This document shows, one piece after another, positions 36,814-47,701 of a stretch of 64,000 nt of DNA. Position 1 is the first letter of the stretch. Each line of letters opens with the position of its first letter. Both the position numbers and the translations under genes were made by a program. A model generated the notes under the pieces. The model saw only the letters and a list, made by a program, of their open reading frames with translations, made no database searches and had not been told where the DNA came from. The DNA comes from Candidatus Obscuribacterales bacterium. Its GTDB lineage: Bacteria > Cyanobacteriota > Vampirovibrionia > Obscuribacterales > Obscuribacteraceae. The DNA lies in the NCBI GenBank assembly GCA_965228855.1, contig CBDDIJ010000005.1:1440001-1504000 (forward strand). The letters are read 5' to 3'.

Positions 36814-39189
36814 CTACATCTGGGTCGCGATGCGGGTACGCCGCACCGTTTCCGGCATGGTGCGCTCTTCTAGCAGTATCGTATTGGATGCAGTCGCGTA
36901 CCTTGTGCTTGTATTAGAATCGCTTCCATTTTCAATAGCATCTTGCGCGGAACTGGCGATCATTGTGTTTCGCGCCTGATTAGAGGAAGGCGAAACCGTG
37001 CTGTAAGTTGTACGCTGATACGTGCGATTGTATCCGTTCTGATCATAACTATTTTGAATCGAATCATTTTTTGCGATCATACTTTCGCGCAGTCGCTTGA
37101 CCGCTTGAAGTTTCTGCAAATCGTAGGCGCGGGCGATGCCCTTCTGCTCTATGGTTACAAGGTCGCCGAGGTTGTTAACTTGTGCGGCCAAACGCGCGCT
37201 GTTGTACTGGAAACCGTCAACCGTTTGATCGATAGCCTCGTGGAACAACTGATTGTCAGCGTATTTTGTCACTTCACTCTGCAGTTCGGTGGCAGGTTTG
37301 GCAAACGCGACGCTTTCAGGTTTGCGGTTTTTCAATAGCGGTGACATGTAATCGTGCCAGATCTTCGCCATTACGACGCCGCCTGTGACGCGAGTTCCGC
37401 GAACGGCCTTGTGTTTGTCGTTACCAGCCCAGACCGCCGTGACGATATCAGGGGTGGTGCCGACGAACCAGATATCCTTGGAGTCGTTAGCGGTTCCTGT
37501 CTTGCCGGCAACAGCAACTCCCGGGATGCGAGCCCGAGTTCCAGTGCCGCACCGTACCACATCCTCGAGTGCGCCTAGCAACTGAAGTGTTGGCTCGGTC
37601 GGTAGATTCGCACTGGGAGTAGCTTTATAAACACGCGCTTCGAGTCCTTTTTCGGTTTCGATCTTGCGAATAAACTGCGGTGCCATGTATGTTCCGCCGC
37701 GAGCGATGGTTGCATAGGCGGTCGCCATGTCGAGCGGTGAGATAGCACAGCAGCCTAACGCAAGAGCGGGATACGCATCAAGCTGAGAACGCACACCGGC
37801 ATTTCTCGCCATTTCGATGACCTGAGGAAGACCGGCGGCTTGAGCTACTCTTACCGCACATATATTTCGTGAGGTTGCCAGCGCAGTCCTCGCAGGCAGC
37901 CAGCCTTTAAACCGTCCGTCGAAATTCTTGGGCTCGTATGGCTTCGATGGTGGCTGCTCAATCACAAGCGGCGCATCATTGATCAGGGTGTCAGGTTGAA
38001 TAATTCCCTGATTGAGGGCTGCGAGATAAACGAATGGTTTGAAAGAGGAACCGGCAGTGTGAGGTTTTATCGCTCGATTCCACTGAATGTCTTCATAATT
38101 GCCGGCACCGCCGACGATGGCAAATACCGAGCCGTCCTTCACGGACATAGAAACTAGAGCGCCCTGGTCGATGCCTTTAGGGGCAGTCTTTATGCCTTTA
38201 TTGATGGTCGCTTCAGCAAGTTTCTGAGCGTTGACATCCAGGTTGGTGTATACCCTCCAGCCCTTCTGCCACAGGTCCGAGCCCAGCTCACGCTTTAACT
38301 CTTGCTCGACGCATCCGATATAGTGGGGCCACGGGCGAGAGAGCGGACCGCGTGCAAAAGCCAACTTCTCGCTCATTGCGCGTCGTTTTGAGTCAGGTGT
38401 TAAATAGCCATACTCGGCCATTTTGGCTATCACATCCTGCTGCCTTTTTAGAGCAATTTTCTTGTTTTTCGACTTTGTCAAATCCGTCGGAGCTTTTACA
38501 AGTCCAGCAAGATAGGCTGACTCAGCGACGTCCAGCTGGCTCGCGTGCTTATCGAAGTAGTGCTGAGCGGCGCGCTCGACACCACATACGCCACCACCGA
38601 AGTAAGCGACGTTGAGATACGTCTCCAGGATTTTGTTCTTTGAATATCTTGAGTTAACATCCCAGGCTATGAATGCTTCCTTCACTTTCCTAGTATACGA
38701 GCGCTCCTTCGGGTCTAGAAACAAATTCTTTACAAGCTGCTGGGTAATAGTAGAGCCGCCTTCGACAATCCGACCTGCTGCATGGTTTCTCCAACAAGCA
38801 CGAGCGATGCCGATTGGGTCGACACCGTGGTGCTCGTAAAAGCGCCGATCCTCGGCGGAAATAATTGCATCACGCATGTTCTTAGAGATTTTGTCCAGCG
38901 GAACAGCCTGACGGTCAGCTTCGGCTCGCAGCGTACAGACGTATTTATCGTGGCAGTCGTAAATCGTCACTCCGCGATTCAACTCTGCCAGTGTCGGAAG
39001 CGTTCCATCAGGTAGATGAAGATTACTCCGCACCTGGAAAAAAGTGAGGACTGCGCCAGTGATAAGTGTCACTGCAAACAGTCCCCACCATAGTTGCGGC
39101 TGCGCCTTTCTCAGCGCGAAGCCAATAGTCGTGAGCTTTTCGTTGTTGTCTCGACTAGTTGAGGTCGAGCGCTGGGTCACGCCTTTCAA
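36814..39189 (-). CDS. Class A penicillin-binding protein (PBP1A family)
   Basis: EDRRFYEHHG, GGSTITQQLVKN, SSFK (SxxK), SRN, KTGT; start uncertain because it overlaps the upstream gene. Confidence 0.9.
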   Translation of the reverse strand: MKGVTQRSTSTSRDNNEKLTTIGFALRKAQPQLWWGLFAVTLITGAVLTFFQVRSNLHLPDGTLPTLAELNRGVTIYDCHDKYVCTLRAEADRQAVPLDKISKNMRDAIISAEDRRFYEHHGVDPIGIARACWRNHAAGRIVEGGSTITQQLVKNLFLDPKERSYTRKVKEAFIAWDVNSRYSKNKILETYLNVAYFGGGVCGVERAAQHYFDKHASQLDVAESAYLAGLVKAPTDLTKSKNKKIALKRQQDVIAKMAEYGYLTPDSKRRAMSEKLAFARGPLSRPWPHYIGCVEQELKRELGSDLWQKGWRVYTNLDVNAQKLAEATINKGIKTAPKGIDQGALVSMSVKDGSVFAIVGGAGNYEDIQWNRAIKPHTAGSSFKPFVYLAALNQGIIQPDTLINDAPLVIEQPPSKPYEPKNFDGRFKGWLPARTALATSRNICAVRVAQAAGLPQVIEMARNAGVRSQLDAYPALALGCCAISPLDMATAYATIARGGTYMAPQFIRKIETEKGLEARVYKATPSANLPTEPTLQLLGALEDVVRCGTGTRARIPGVAVAGKTGTANDSKDIWFVGTTPDIVTAVWAGNDKHKAVRGTRVTGGVVMAKIWHDYMSPLLKNRKPESVAFAKPATELQSEVTKYADNQLFHEAIDQTVDGFQYNSARLAAQVNNLGDLVTIEQKGIARAYDLQKLQAVKRLRESMIAKNDSIQNSYDQNGYNRTYQRTTYSTVSPSSNQARNTMIASSAQDAIENGSDSNTSTRYATASNTILLEERTMPETVRRTRIATQM

Positions 39190-39712
39190 TTAACGTCTCC
39201 TTATGAACGCTTTGTTCTGTCTGCTCGATAACGGTCGGTGGAGTCACAACCTTTTCTTCGACAACCTTCTTTGTTCTCTGGGCGACGTAGCGTTTCTTAG
39301 GCGCCTTTCGATGAGCAACGTGACGTGCCTTTGTCCGCTTTTTCGCTACGTATTTCTTCTTGGCCGGCGTCGACGCTTTGGTTGTTGCCTTATAGGTCTG
39401 CTTTTCAGTCCGCACCACCGCCGGTGGCGGCTGAACAACATTGGTGGTCGTTGTGGTTTCCGTGGTTGGGACAACTACCCGCTCGTGACGCTCCATGATG
39501 AGCGGTTCTTCAACTGTGTGGCTGACGTCTCCATCCGCATCCCTAATAGCACGAGAGCGCGTTACCGTTGGCTGCATCCAGCTGTCAACTACTTGTGCCG
39601 GTCCCTGCTCAACTGTTTTTTGCGTGTATGTCTCCGCATTCGCGACCTGGCAGGTAAAAGCTAGTCCAGATGCGAGGATCGCGAGCGAAAGGCCGGCAAT
39701 AATGTTTCTCAT
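39155..39712 (-). CDS. Secreted hypothetical protein with a Lys-rich segment
   Basis: AGGAG RBS, signal peptide ending ANA. Confidence 0.75.
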   Translation of the reverse strand: MRNIIAGLSLAILASGLAFTCQVANAETYTQKTVEQGPAQVVDSWMQPTVTRSRAIRDADGDVSHTVEEPLIMERHERVVVPTTETTTTTNVVQPPPAVVRTEKQTYKATTKASTPAKKKYVAKKRTKARHVAHRKAPKKRYVAQRTKKVVEEKVVTPPTVIEQTEQSVHKETLIERRDPALDLN

Positions 39713-39876
39713 CTCAACTTCTCCTATTACGTCGCATTCGCGACAATCTCAGCAATCTGATTTTCGTCTAGCACGAATTTGATGAATAAAAGTCGTAACA
39801 GTTCAAGTGACACGGGGATAGAACGTCTCATCTGGTGCTAATCTTGAGAGACTGCTTTCACCGTGAGAAAAAAAGT

Positions 39877-40176
39877 TTGCGTCTCGATAAGTGGTTAAAA
39901 GTTTCAAGATTGATCAAGCGGCGCACAGTCGCTCAAATGGCGTGCGAACAAGGTCGAGTGTTTATAAATGACCGTCCTGCCAAGTCTGCGGCGACAGTGA
40001 AAGTGGACGACGTAGTCCACCTGGAACTCGGGTCTCGCGCATTAACGATCAAAGTTCTTTTAGTGCCGGAAAAGGCGGTTCGCGCGCAAGAAGCATCCAG
40101 CACTTACGAAGTGATTGAGGAACTGAAACGCGCGCCTGAGATTCTGGAATGGCTACCGGCGGATGAGGGCTGGTGA
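39877..40176 (+). CDS. RNA-binding S4 domain protein (Hsp15/YabO-RqcP-like)
   Basis: MRLDKWLKVSRLIKRRTVA...GRVFIND; TTG start. Confidence 0.85.
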   Translation: MRLDKWLKVSRLIKRRTVAQMACEQGRVFINDRPAKSAATVKVDDVVHLELGSRALTIKVLLVPEKAVRAQEASSTYEVIEELKRAPEILEWLPADEGW

Positions 40177-40215
40177 CGTCCGTTCACCCAAAATATACAT
40201 ATAAGGATTAAGTTC

Positions 40216-40392
40216 TAAGTAGTTTGACGAAACAATCGATGGATCAAGCCCGTGATGGGGAACGATCCGATAGCAGGATCTTGAAGTCGGGAGGGAAGTC
40301 CGAATGTCAGATCTGGAGTCCAGAGCTTGTTCGTTCGCCACTCCGAGAACGCCCTAGACGGAAGGCGTGGCGAAAGAAAACCTATGCTACAT
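40216..40392 (+). ncRNA. Candidate 6S RNA (SsrS/SsaA-like)
   Basis: Rod-like pairing TGGGGAACGA/TCGTTCGCCA and GATCTTGA..TCGG/CCGA..TCAGATC; CTCCGAGA followed by a small hairpin recalls cyanobacterial 6S; ends uncertain. Confidence 0.45.
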
Positions 40393-40454
40393 AAAATTTG
40401 ACCCCTCTGATGGTCAGTTGTTTGGTTTGAACTAACTGCAGGCGAGATAAGAGC

Positions 40455-42611
40455 ATGGACAAGACAACAATCAAGTTGTTGCTGATAGAAGACAACCCAC
40501 TGGATGCGAAGCTATTCCAGAAACTTCTGGACAGGAGTTCCCGCGTGTCATACAAAGTCGAGTTTGCCGGCTCGCTTAAGGATGGGCTCGAATTTCTCGA
40601 TGAAAGTGACGAAATCGATGCAGTCGTTATAGACCTCAACTTGCCAGACTCGCAGGGTTTAGACACATTTCGAGCAGTACGCATTAATCATCCGTCAATG
40701 CCGCTTATCGTCCTGACCGCCGATGATGATGACCGCACCGCTCTCCAGGCTGTTCAAGCAGGCGCTCAGGACTACATCGTTAAAGGCGATCTGAGCCCGA
40801 TGTTCCTTGGGCGAGCGATTCGGTATGCGATTGAACGGCAAGCGAGCGAATCTCGCATTCATCAGCTCAACCAGGACCTAGAAAAGAGAGTGATAGATCT
40901 CGCAGCCGCCAACAAACGCCTGGACGCGCTGTCTCACACCCTGTCCCTCGCTCGCGACCAGGCCGTTCAAGCAGCGGCCTACAAATCCGAGTTTGTCGCG
41001 AAGATGAGCCACGAGATTAGAACACCGATTGCGGCAGTTCTTGGAACAATCGATTTGTTGAAAACAACCCCTCTTAATGAAGAGCAGAAGGATCTCGCCG
41101 ACATTATCAACGCGTCGGCGGAGAGCCTGCTCAGCTCGGTAACAGATGTCTTGGACTACTCGAAGCTGGAGTCCGGACAAATAGAGTTAGACATAAAAGA
41201 CTTTTCTCCGGTGAAACTGATTGAAGGCACCGCCGATTTAGTCCTGCCTGCTGCCACAAAGAAAGGCTTGAGCGTTATGTCGTTCATCGACCCGTACATC
41301 CCTGAGATGCTGCAGGGTGACCCGGTTCGCATCCGGCAGGTGTTGTTGAATCTGCTCGGCAATGCAATCAAGTTTACGAAGAAAGGCGAGATCAGCGTCC
41401 AAGCCAGCAAAGAATCTTACGATGACCTCTCGATGCTGGTGCGCTTCTCGGTCATCGACACCGGACCAGGCTTGAGCGAAACCGAAATGGCTTCTCTGTT
41501 TCAACCCTATTCGACCTCCGGAGTGCGCAGCGATTCCGGAGAAGCTACCGGTCTGGGACTGACAATTTCCAAACGACTGGTCGAACTCATGGGCGGGCAG
41601 ATGGGCGTCGAGAGTGACGAGGGCAGAGGATCTACCTTCTGGTTCTCAATACGTTTGCGGCGCTCGACAAACAAACGTTTTCTCGAAGCACTGCCACTAC
41701 CTTCGATGGCATCCGATTTGATTGGTCTGCGAGTGCTCGTCGCCGACGACACCAAGAGCACGCGTCAAATTATTCAGGGCTATTTGAAAGCCGCACGCTT
41801 CCACACGAGTGCGGCCGCCAATGCCGAAGAAGCCCTTGAAATGCTTCGCCACGCGCGCCAGAAAGACACACCTTATGACGTAGCGATAATCGGTTTATCC
41901 AAAAAAGATGGAAGCCTGAAACTCGCTACCGAAATTCAAGACGACCCCACAGTCTCGCGTACGAGACTTATCTATTTGACAGAGTACTCGCAGACTGTAG
42001 TCAACGAAGATCTCTGGAAAAAAGGTTTCTCTTCATATCTGACAAAGCCGATCCGCCAGGCCGCGCTCATAGCCAGCATCTTCGACGTCATGTACGGAAC
42101 TCTGGACAATGAAGTCGCCGTTTCGGAAGCTGAAGACGAAGACGCTGTAATCGAGTTAGACCTGCCAAAACCCGGTCGTGAAGCGTCAAAAGCCATGTCG
42201 ATTCTGGTAGCAGAGGACAACAAATTTCTCTTGCAGGTCATGAAGCGAACCCTCAAACATCTGGGCTACTCTGTCGACCTGGCTAGCAACGGCAAAGAGG
42301 CTGTGAAGAAGCATGCGTCCAACCACTACGACCTGATCCTGATGGACTGCCAGATGCCCATCATGAGCGGCTATGAAGCGACTGTCGCCATTCGCAAAGC
42401 AGAAGACGGTAGTAAGCACACGCCAATCGTCGCCATGACAGCCAGCATTCAGAAGAGTGTTCGCGACCAGTGCTTCGAATGCGGCATGGACGATTTCCTG
42501 AGCAAGCCGGTTACGATCGAGCAACTGCAAAAGGTTCTGACGGTGGTAGCTCGCGGCTCTGAAGCCGAGTCAATAATCAAAGACGAAAAGACACCGGACG
42601 ATCGCAAGTGA
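40455..42611 (+). CDS. Cytoplasmic hybrid histidine kinase (REC-HisKA-HATPase-REC-REC)
   Basis: SHEIRTPI, NLLGNAIKF, TGLGL; three receiver domains. Confidence 0.9.
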   Translation: MDKTTIKLLLIEDNPLDAKLFQKLLDRSSRVSYKVEFAGSLKDGLEFLDESDEIDAVVIDLNLPDSQGLDTFRAVRINHPSMPLIVLTADDDDRTALQAVQAGAQDYIVKGDLSPMFLGRAIRYAIERQASESRIHQLNQDLEKRVIDLAAANKRLDALSHTLSLARDQAVQAAAYKSEFVAKMSHEIRTPIAAVLGTIDLLKTTPLNEEQKDLADIINASAESLLSSVTDVLDYSKLESGQIELDIKDFSPVKLIEGTADLVLPAATKKGLSVMSFIDPYIPEMLQGDPVRIRQVLLNLLGNAIKFTKKGEISVQASKESYDDLSMLVRFSVIDTGPGLSETEMASLFQPYSTSGVRSDSGEATGLGLTISKRLVELMGGQMGVESDEGRGSTFWFSIRLRRSTNKRFLEALPLPSMASDLIGLRVLVADDTKSTRQIIQGYLKAARFHTSAAANAEEALEMLRHARQKDTPYDVAIIGLSKKDGSLKLATEIQDDPTVSRTRLIYLTEYSQTVVNEDLWKKGFSSYLTKPIRQAALIASIFDVMYGTLDNEVAVSEAEDEDAVIELDLPKPGREASKAMSILVAEDNKFLLQVMKRTLKHLGYSVDLASNGKEAVKKHASNHYDLILMDCQMPIMSGYEATVAIRKAEDGSKHTPIVAMTASIQKSVRDQCFECGMDDFLSKPVTIEQLQKVLTVVARGSEAESIIKDEKTPDDRK

Positions 42612-42651
42612 GCGCGTCGAAAACTTGCTCTTACGAGCATCTCTGCCCGGT

Positions 42652-42698
42652 CGCATGATCTGGGAACGCATGATCTAGGAACGCACGATCTGAAACGC
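42652..42698. repeat. Short tandem repeat, 3 x ~15 bp
   Basis: CGCATGATCTGGGAA CGCATGATCTAGGAA CGCACGATCTGAAA between convergent genes. Confidence 0.7.
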
Positions 42699-42733
42699 GC
42701 GCGTGCCTCTAGTCAGAAGAACAGCATCGCTAG

Positions 42734-43798
42734 TTAGTCGTCGATGTACTCTCGCAGACGGCGACTGCGATTCGGATGTCTGAGTTTTCTAAGCGCCTTC
42801 GCTTCAATTTGACGAATCCGCTCTCTCGTGACGCCGAACAGCTGCCCGACTTCCTCGAGTGTGCGGGTTCTTCCATCGTCGAGTCCGAAGCGTAAACGCA
42901 ATACATCTCGCTCACGGGGCGATAATCCAGCCATGACTTCGATGATGTCTTCGCGCAAAAGATCTTGCGTTACACTGCTGGCAGGCGTCTCGGCTTCTTT
43001 GTCTTCGATGAAATCACCGAGCTTGCTGTCCTCTTCTTTGCCTATTGGCGTTTCTAAGGAAACCGGCTCCTGCGCGACCTTGACGATCTCACGCAGTTTG
43101 CTCACCGTGATCTCCATCGCTGCGGCAATCTCTTCCTCTGTTGGCTTACGACTCAGGTCCTGAGCAAGTTTTCGCGTTATCTTCTTGAGCTTGTTGATGG
43201 TCTCAACCATATGGACCGGAATACGAATTGTTCGCGCCTGGTCCGCAATTGCTCTGGTAATAGCCTGACGAATCCACCAGGTAGCGTAAGTGGAGAATTT
43301 GTAGCCGCGCTCGTAGTCGAATTTTTCAGCAGCCCGGATCAAGCCGAGGTTGCCTTCCTGAATCAGATCGAGGAACAGCATGCCGCGCCCAACGTACTTC
43401 TTCGCGATCGAAACGACCAGTCGCAAGTTGGCTTGGACCAGCTTTCTCTTCGCGATAGCGCCTTCGGAACCGCCTGATTCAATCCGGCGTGCCAGTTCAA
43501 TTTCCTGATCGGCTGTCAGCAACGGAATGCGACCGATTTCGCGAAGATACATTCTAACCGGATCGTCTGACGACAAGCCCTTCGACGCTGCTTCCTCGAA
43601 GTGTTCCGGGTCGCTATTATCGGTTTCATCAACCTCGTTGCGAATGGAAACGTCATCAGGCGTATCCATTTCATCGTCGCCTGAATCCAGAAGCTCATCC
43701 AGACCGGAGCGCTGCCGCTCTTTGCCCTGCTCCTCCAGCTTATCCAGCCGTTTTATAAAGCTTTCTTCTTTGTCCTTGGTACTCTTGCCTTTGGTCAC
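42734..43798 (-). CDS. rpoD: Primary sigma factor RpoD/SigA
   Basis: [74 protein letters not shown]. Confidence 0.97.
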   Translation of the reverse strand: MTKGKSTKDKEESFIKRLDKLEEQGKERQRSGLDELLDSGDDEMDTPDDVSIRNEVDETDNSDPEHFEEAASKGLSSDDPVRMYLREIGRIPLLTADQEIELARRIESGGSEGAIAKRKLVQANLRLVVSIAKKYVGRGMLFLDLIQEGNLGLIRAAEKFDYERGYKFSTYATWWIRQAITRAIADQARTIRIPVHMVETINKLKKITRKLAQDLSRKPTEEEIAAAMEITVSKLREIVKVAQEPVSLETPIGKEEDSKLGDFIEDKEAETPASSVTQDLLREDIIEVMAGLSPRERDVLRLRFGLDDGRTRTLEEVGQLFGVTRERIRQIEAKALRKLRHPNRSRRLREYIDD

Positions 43799-43841
43799 AC
43801 CCTGGTCTCCAGAAGTATTTTCAGATTGTCACGCGTGCAGG

Positions 43842-45890
43842 TTAGAGATTGAACTCGACTTCGATTTGTTCGATTCTGCGTTTTAGCCCGTCCAATTCTT
43901 CGTCGGTCTTCGCTGAAACTAATTCTACCTTGATTAGCTGATTAAGCTCCTTAATACGCGTCATGATTTGCGTAGCCATCGCACTATCGTTAGACATACC
44001 CAACATCTGCGTTAATCTACTTAAGCAATTCTTCGCCAATGAAAGCAGGATGCGGCTTTTATAGTCACTAATCACCACCCGCACGGGTAGATTCTGCTTC
44101 CGAATCTGCTCAACTATTAATATTATTTCGGTGAGCGGTCCCCTCAATTCCTCCAACCCGGCCAGACGGTCCATCAGTTGATACTGAAGGTCGTCCATAG
44201 TGTTGAACTGCGTGCCGATTCCCTCCAGAGCCACCTTGATCTCTTGATGCTCGGGCGTCAGTAGTTGCCAGTCAGCAAGGGAGTTGGACACGATCTCAAG
44301 GTCGTCACGCGAGACCAGATAAAGCGCGAGTAGCTGCCGTTCCGCATTAGTTAAACCAACTGTGGCTATCTCTCTATGCTTGCGAGTTAGCGGTGCGCCC
44401 TCGTCCTCTTCCTTCTTCTGGAATTTGCCTTTGCCTTTGCCTTGAAACTTATTGCCGCCACCGCCGCCTTTTCCGCCTCCACCACCGCCGTTTTTACCCT
44501 GCCAACCGCTGCCGTTCTGCGGTTGAAACGGCGAGGCGCCCTTGGACGGCGCGTCTAAACGATTATCAGTACGATACTGCCTTACATCGACGAGAAGTTC
44601 TTCTTCTCGAATGTTCAAAAGCGATGCGCATTGACGCACGTACTCGACTCGAGCAGCAGCCGTTTTAATTTTACCGACAACGGCTATAACCCGCCTGGAC
44701 GCTTCGATACGACCGCTGTGGCTTTTCAAATCGATGCCGTTGATCGATTCTTCAATTTGCCAGTCGGTTATGTGCGGCGCCGTTTCCAGCGCTTTTTGAA
44801 ACCCTTCCACGCCGGCGGACGGTTCAGTGGAACGCAAACACTCGTCAGGGTCCTTGCCTCCCGGGATTCGAATGATGCGCAATTCGATACCAATGCCCTC
44901 GGCAATCTGAGACAGCGTTTCCACGCCACGTTCAATCGCCTTCTGCCCCGCAGCATCGGAATCGAACGAGAGATAGACGCGCTTGCTATCCGTGTATCGG
45001 ATCAATCGCTTCGCTTGAGCCTCAGTCATCGCCGTCCCAAGAGTGGCTACCGTGTTAGTGAAACCAAACTGGTGCGGTGTGATTGCGTCGAAATATCCTT
45101 CGACAACAATCACGGCATCATTCTTCTTGATCGAGTCCTTAGCCAGGTTTAGCGCATAAAGATGCTCACCTTTCTTGTAAATTGGACTTTCCGGCGAGTT
45201 GATGTATTTGACCTGGTCATCCCCCAAAGTCCGGCCACCAAAAGCGATTACACGACCTTCAACATCGCAGATCGGGACCATGAGTCGATGCCGAAACAAA
45301 TCGTAGTGCGAACCGCCACCTTGCTTTTCCCGCACCAGACCTGCCTCTGCAAGCAAGTGAGTGGAGACGTTCATGCTTCGAGTGAGATAAGTAAGCAGCC
45401 CATCCCATGCGTTAGGCGCATAACCCATGCGGAACTTCTCGATCGTCGCGGCATCCATCCCACGCTTTTTCAGGTACTCGCGACCGATGTATCCTTCTTC
45501 CGGATGCGCGAGGAGACTCTGAAAGTACTGACAAGACTCTTCGTAGAGCTTGTACATCATCGACTTCCTGTCGTGCTCCTGCCGATCCTCAACGGTCTCT
45601 ACGAGCGCAACTCCGTACCTGTCAGCAAGATCGCGCACCGAATCAATGAAACTGGCGCTTTTAATCTTTTGAATGAATGCGAAAACATCCCCGCCTTCAT
45701 TGCAGCCGTAGCACTTGAAAATTCCCTTCTCCGGCGTCACGTTGAACGACGGAGTCTTTTCTTTGTGAAACGGACAGAGCCCCTTGTACGAATTTCCAGC
45801 GCGCTTGAGAACCACGAATTCGGCAATCACATCTACGATGTTTGCTCGCGAACGAACCTCAGCGAGAACTTCCTTGGTTACAGCAGACAC
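43842..45890 (-). CDS. dnaG: DNA primase
   Basis: CPFH..TPSF..CYGC zinc finger, FGGR, KYINSPE, VEGYFD, FDSDAAG TOPRIM, KDPDE. Confidence 0.97.
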   Translation of the reverse strand: MSAVTKEVLAEVRSRANIVDVIAEFVVLKRAGNSYKGLCPFHKEKTPSFNVTPEKGIFKCYGCNEGGDVFAFIQKIKSASFIDSVRDLADRYGVALVETVEDRQEHDRKSMMYKLYEESCQYFQSLLAHPEEGYIGREYLKKRGMDAATIEKFRMGYAPNAWDGLLTYLTRSMNVSTHLLAEAGLVREKQGGGSHYDLFRHRLMVPICDVEGRVIAFGGRTLGDDQVKYINSPESPIYKKGEHLYALNLAKDSIKKNDAVIVVEGYFDAITPHQFGFTNTVATLGTAMTEAQAKRLIRYTDSKRVYLSFDSDAAGQKAIERGVETLSQIAEGIGIELRIIRIPGGKDPDECLRSTEPSAGVEGFQKALETAPHITDWQIEESINGIDLKSHSGRIEASRRVIAVVGKIKTAAARVEYVRQCASLLNIREEELLVDVRQYRTDNRLDAPSKGASPFQPQNGSGWQGKNGGGGGGKGGGGGNKFQGKGKGKFQKKEEDEGAPLTRKHREIATVGLTNAERQLLALYLVSRDDLEIVSNSLADWQLLTPEHQEIKVALEGIGTQFNTMDDLQYQLMDRLAGLEELRGPLTEIILIVEQIRKQNLPVRVVISDYKSRILLSLAKNCLSRLTQMLGMSNDSAMATQIMTRIKELNQLIKVELVSAKTDEELDGLKRRIEQIEVEFNL

Positions 45891-46177
45891 GGCGGCTCCC
45901 AGATAGCGAAGATATATACACTCTCCCGCCAGGTCCGCGGGCTTCAGGTTTGGATCTTACAACACAATCCAGTCAGGCAGCGGCGCTCGCGCCGAGCCGA
46001 TCTTGCGCGTTTGTGTCGTCAGGCGAAAGTAGCACAGCATTATTAGCAAGTAGTAAATTCTTTCACACATCAAGCATATCTTCTGGGATACTATTCCGAA
46101 TTGCTGGTCCCGCGTTCCTCGCGACCGCCGACCGGCTCGGAAACCGTGTTGGCGTCAGAGAGCAAAGGTAAGTCCTC

Positions 46178-47611
46178 ATGAAAACACTGATTAAAAACGG
46201 ACGAGTCATTACGGCAGTCGACGATTACTACGGCGACATTTTGATCGATGGCGAGACCATCAGCATGATCGGCAAAGAACTCACCATGGAAGTGGACAAA
46301 ACCATCGACGCCAAAGGCAAGCTGGTGATTCCAGGCGGCATCGATGCACACACCCACATGGACATGCCTTTCGGTGGGACGACATCCGCCGACGACTTTC
46401 AAACGGGAACGCTTGCTGCAGCCCACGGTGGCACAACTACTATTGTAGACTTCGCAATTCAGCAGAAGGGCCAATCCATACTAGAGGCGCTCGACATCTG
46501 GCACCAGAAGGCCGCGGATAAAACCGCTATCGATTATTCGTTCCACATGATCGTCACGGATCTGCCCCACGAGCGCACGGGCGAACTTAAGCAGCTGATT
46601 AACAACGAAGGCGTTACCAGTTTCAAACTTTTCATGGCTTATCCCGGAGTGCTCCTGGTGGACGATGCCACGATCTATCGAGCTATGTCGCTCGCCTCCG
46701 ATCACGGAGCCATGGTTTGCATGCACGCTGAAAACGGCGTCGTCATCAACGAAATCATAGATCAAGCACTCAAGGCTGGTAAAACCGCTCCCAAGTATCA
46801 CGCTCTCACTCGTCCAACAAAGGCAGAAGCAGAGGGCGTCTTCCGCGCGATTGCACTTGCCGAAATGGCGGGCTCTCCCGTTTACATCGTCCACTTAAGC
46901 TGCTACGACGCCCTCAAACGAGTTCAGGAGGCGCGAGATCTCGGCGTTCCAGCATTTGCCGAAACATGCCCGCAGTACTTGTTCCTCGACTACACATGCT
47001 ACGAGAAGGAGGGTTTCGAGGGCGCCAAGTACGTCATGACTCCTGCTCTGCGCGACAAATGGAATCAGGATGAACTCTGGACAGGCTTGCGCATGAATGA
47101 TTTGCAAGTGGTTTCAACCGACCATTGTCCCTTCTGTTTCAAAGATCAAAAACAGCTGGGCAAGGATGATTTCAGCAAAATTCCAAACGGCGGACCTGGT
47201 GTTGAAAATCGAATGAGCCTGATCTACAACGGCGGTGTCGTTCAAAATCGAATCAGCATCAATCGTTTCGTAGAAATTACGTCGACGAACCCGGCCAAGC
47301 TATTCGGTTTATTTCCCAAAAAAGGCACGATTGCAGTAGGTTCAGACGCGGACATCGTGATCTTTGATCCGGAGAAGAAGGTTACAATTAGTGCAAAGAC
47401 GCACCATATGAACGTAGACTACAGTTGTTATGAAGGCTTTGAAGTACAGGGTGTTGCTGAAACGGTTTTGTCCCGAGGTAAGGTCGTCGTTGAAAATGGC
47501 AAATACACTGGCAAGGCTGGAGACGGCAGATATATAAAACGCTCTACAATCGACGTAAAGCATGGCCGTCCATCGGAGATAAGGCGGGAGACGGCACTTT
47601 CACGAAGTTAA
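46178..47611 (+). CDS. hydA: Dihydropyrimidinase / D-hydantoinase
   Basis: PGGIDAHTH, GVTSFKLFMAY, HAENG, ETCPQYL, STDHCPF, IPNG.PGVE. Confidence 0.92.
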   Translation: MKTLIKNGRVITAVDDYYGDILIDGETISMIGKELTMEVDKTIDAKGKLVIPGGIDAHTHMDMPFGGTTSADDFQTGTLAAAHGGTTTIVDFAIQQKGQSILEALDIWHQKAADKTAIDYSFHMIVTDLPHERTGELKQLINNEGVTSFKLFMAYPGVLLVDDATIYRAMSLASDHGAMVCMHAENGVVINEIIDQALKAGKTAPKYHALTRPTKAEAEGVFRAIALAEMAGSPVYIVHLSCYDALKRVQEARDLGVPAFAETCPQYLFLDYTCYEKEGFEGAKYVMTPALRDKWNQDELWTGLRMNDLQVVSTDHCPFCFKDQKQLGKDDFSKIPNGGPGVENRMSLIYNGGVVQNRISINRFVEITSTNPAKLFGLFPKKGTIAVGSDADIVIFDPEKKVTISAKTHHMNVDYSCYEGFEVQGVAETVLSRGKVVVENGKYTGKAGDGRYIKRSTIDVKHGRPSEIRRETALSRS

Positions 47612-47701
47612 TTAAGGGATAAATTGCAATACATCCCGTTTCAAATTAAACGAATCCATAGGACAATCGTAAATTACAACGGAAGCTCTGGAGAATGGCA
47701 G

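Noticed and set aside
45162..46046. 294-aa plus-strand ORF
   Set aside because: Antisense to dnaG
46178..47611. hydA without other reductive pyrimidine catabolism genes
   Set aside because: Dispersed pathway genes are common; no evidence of novelty in this window
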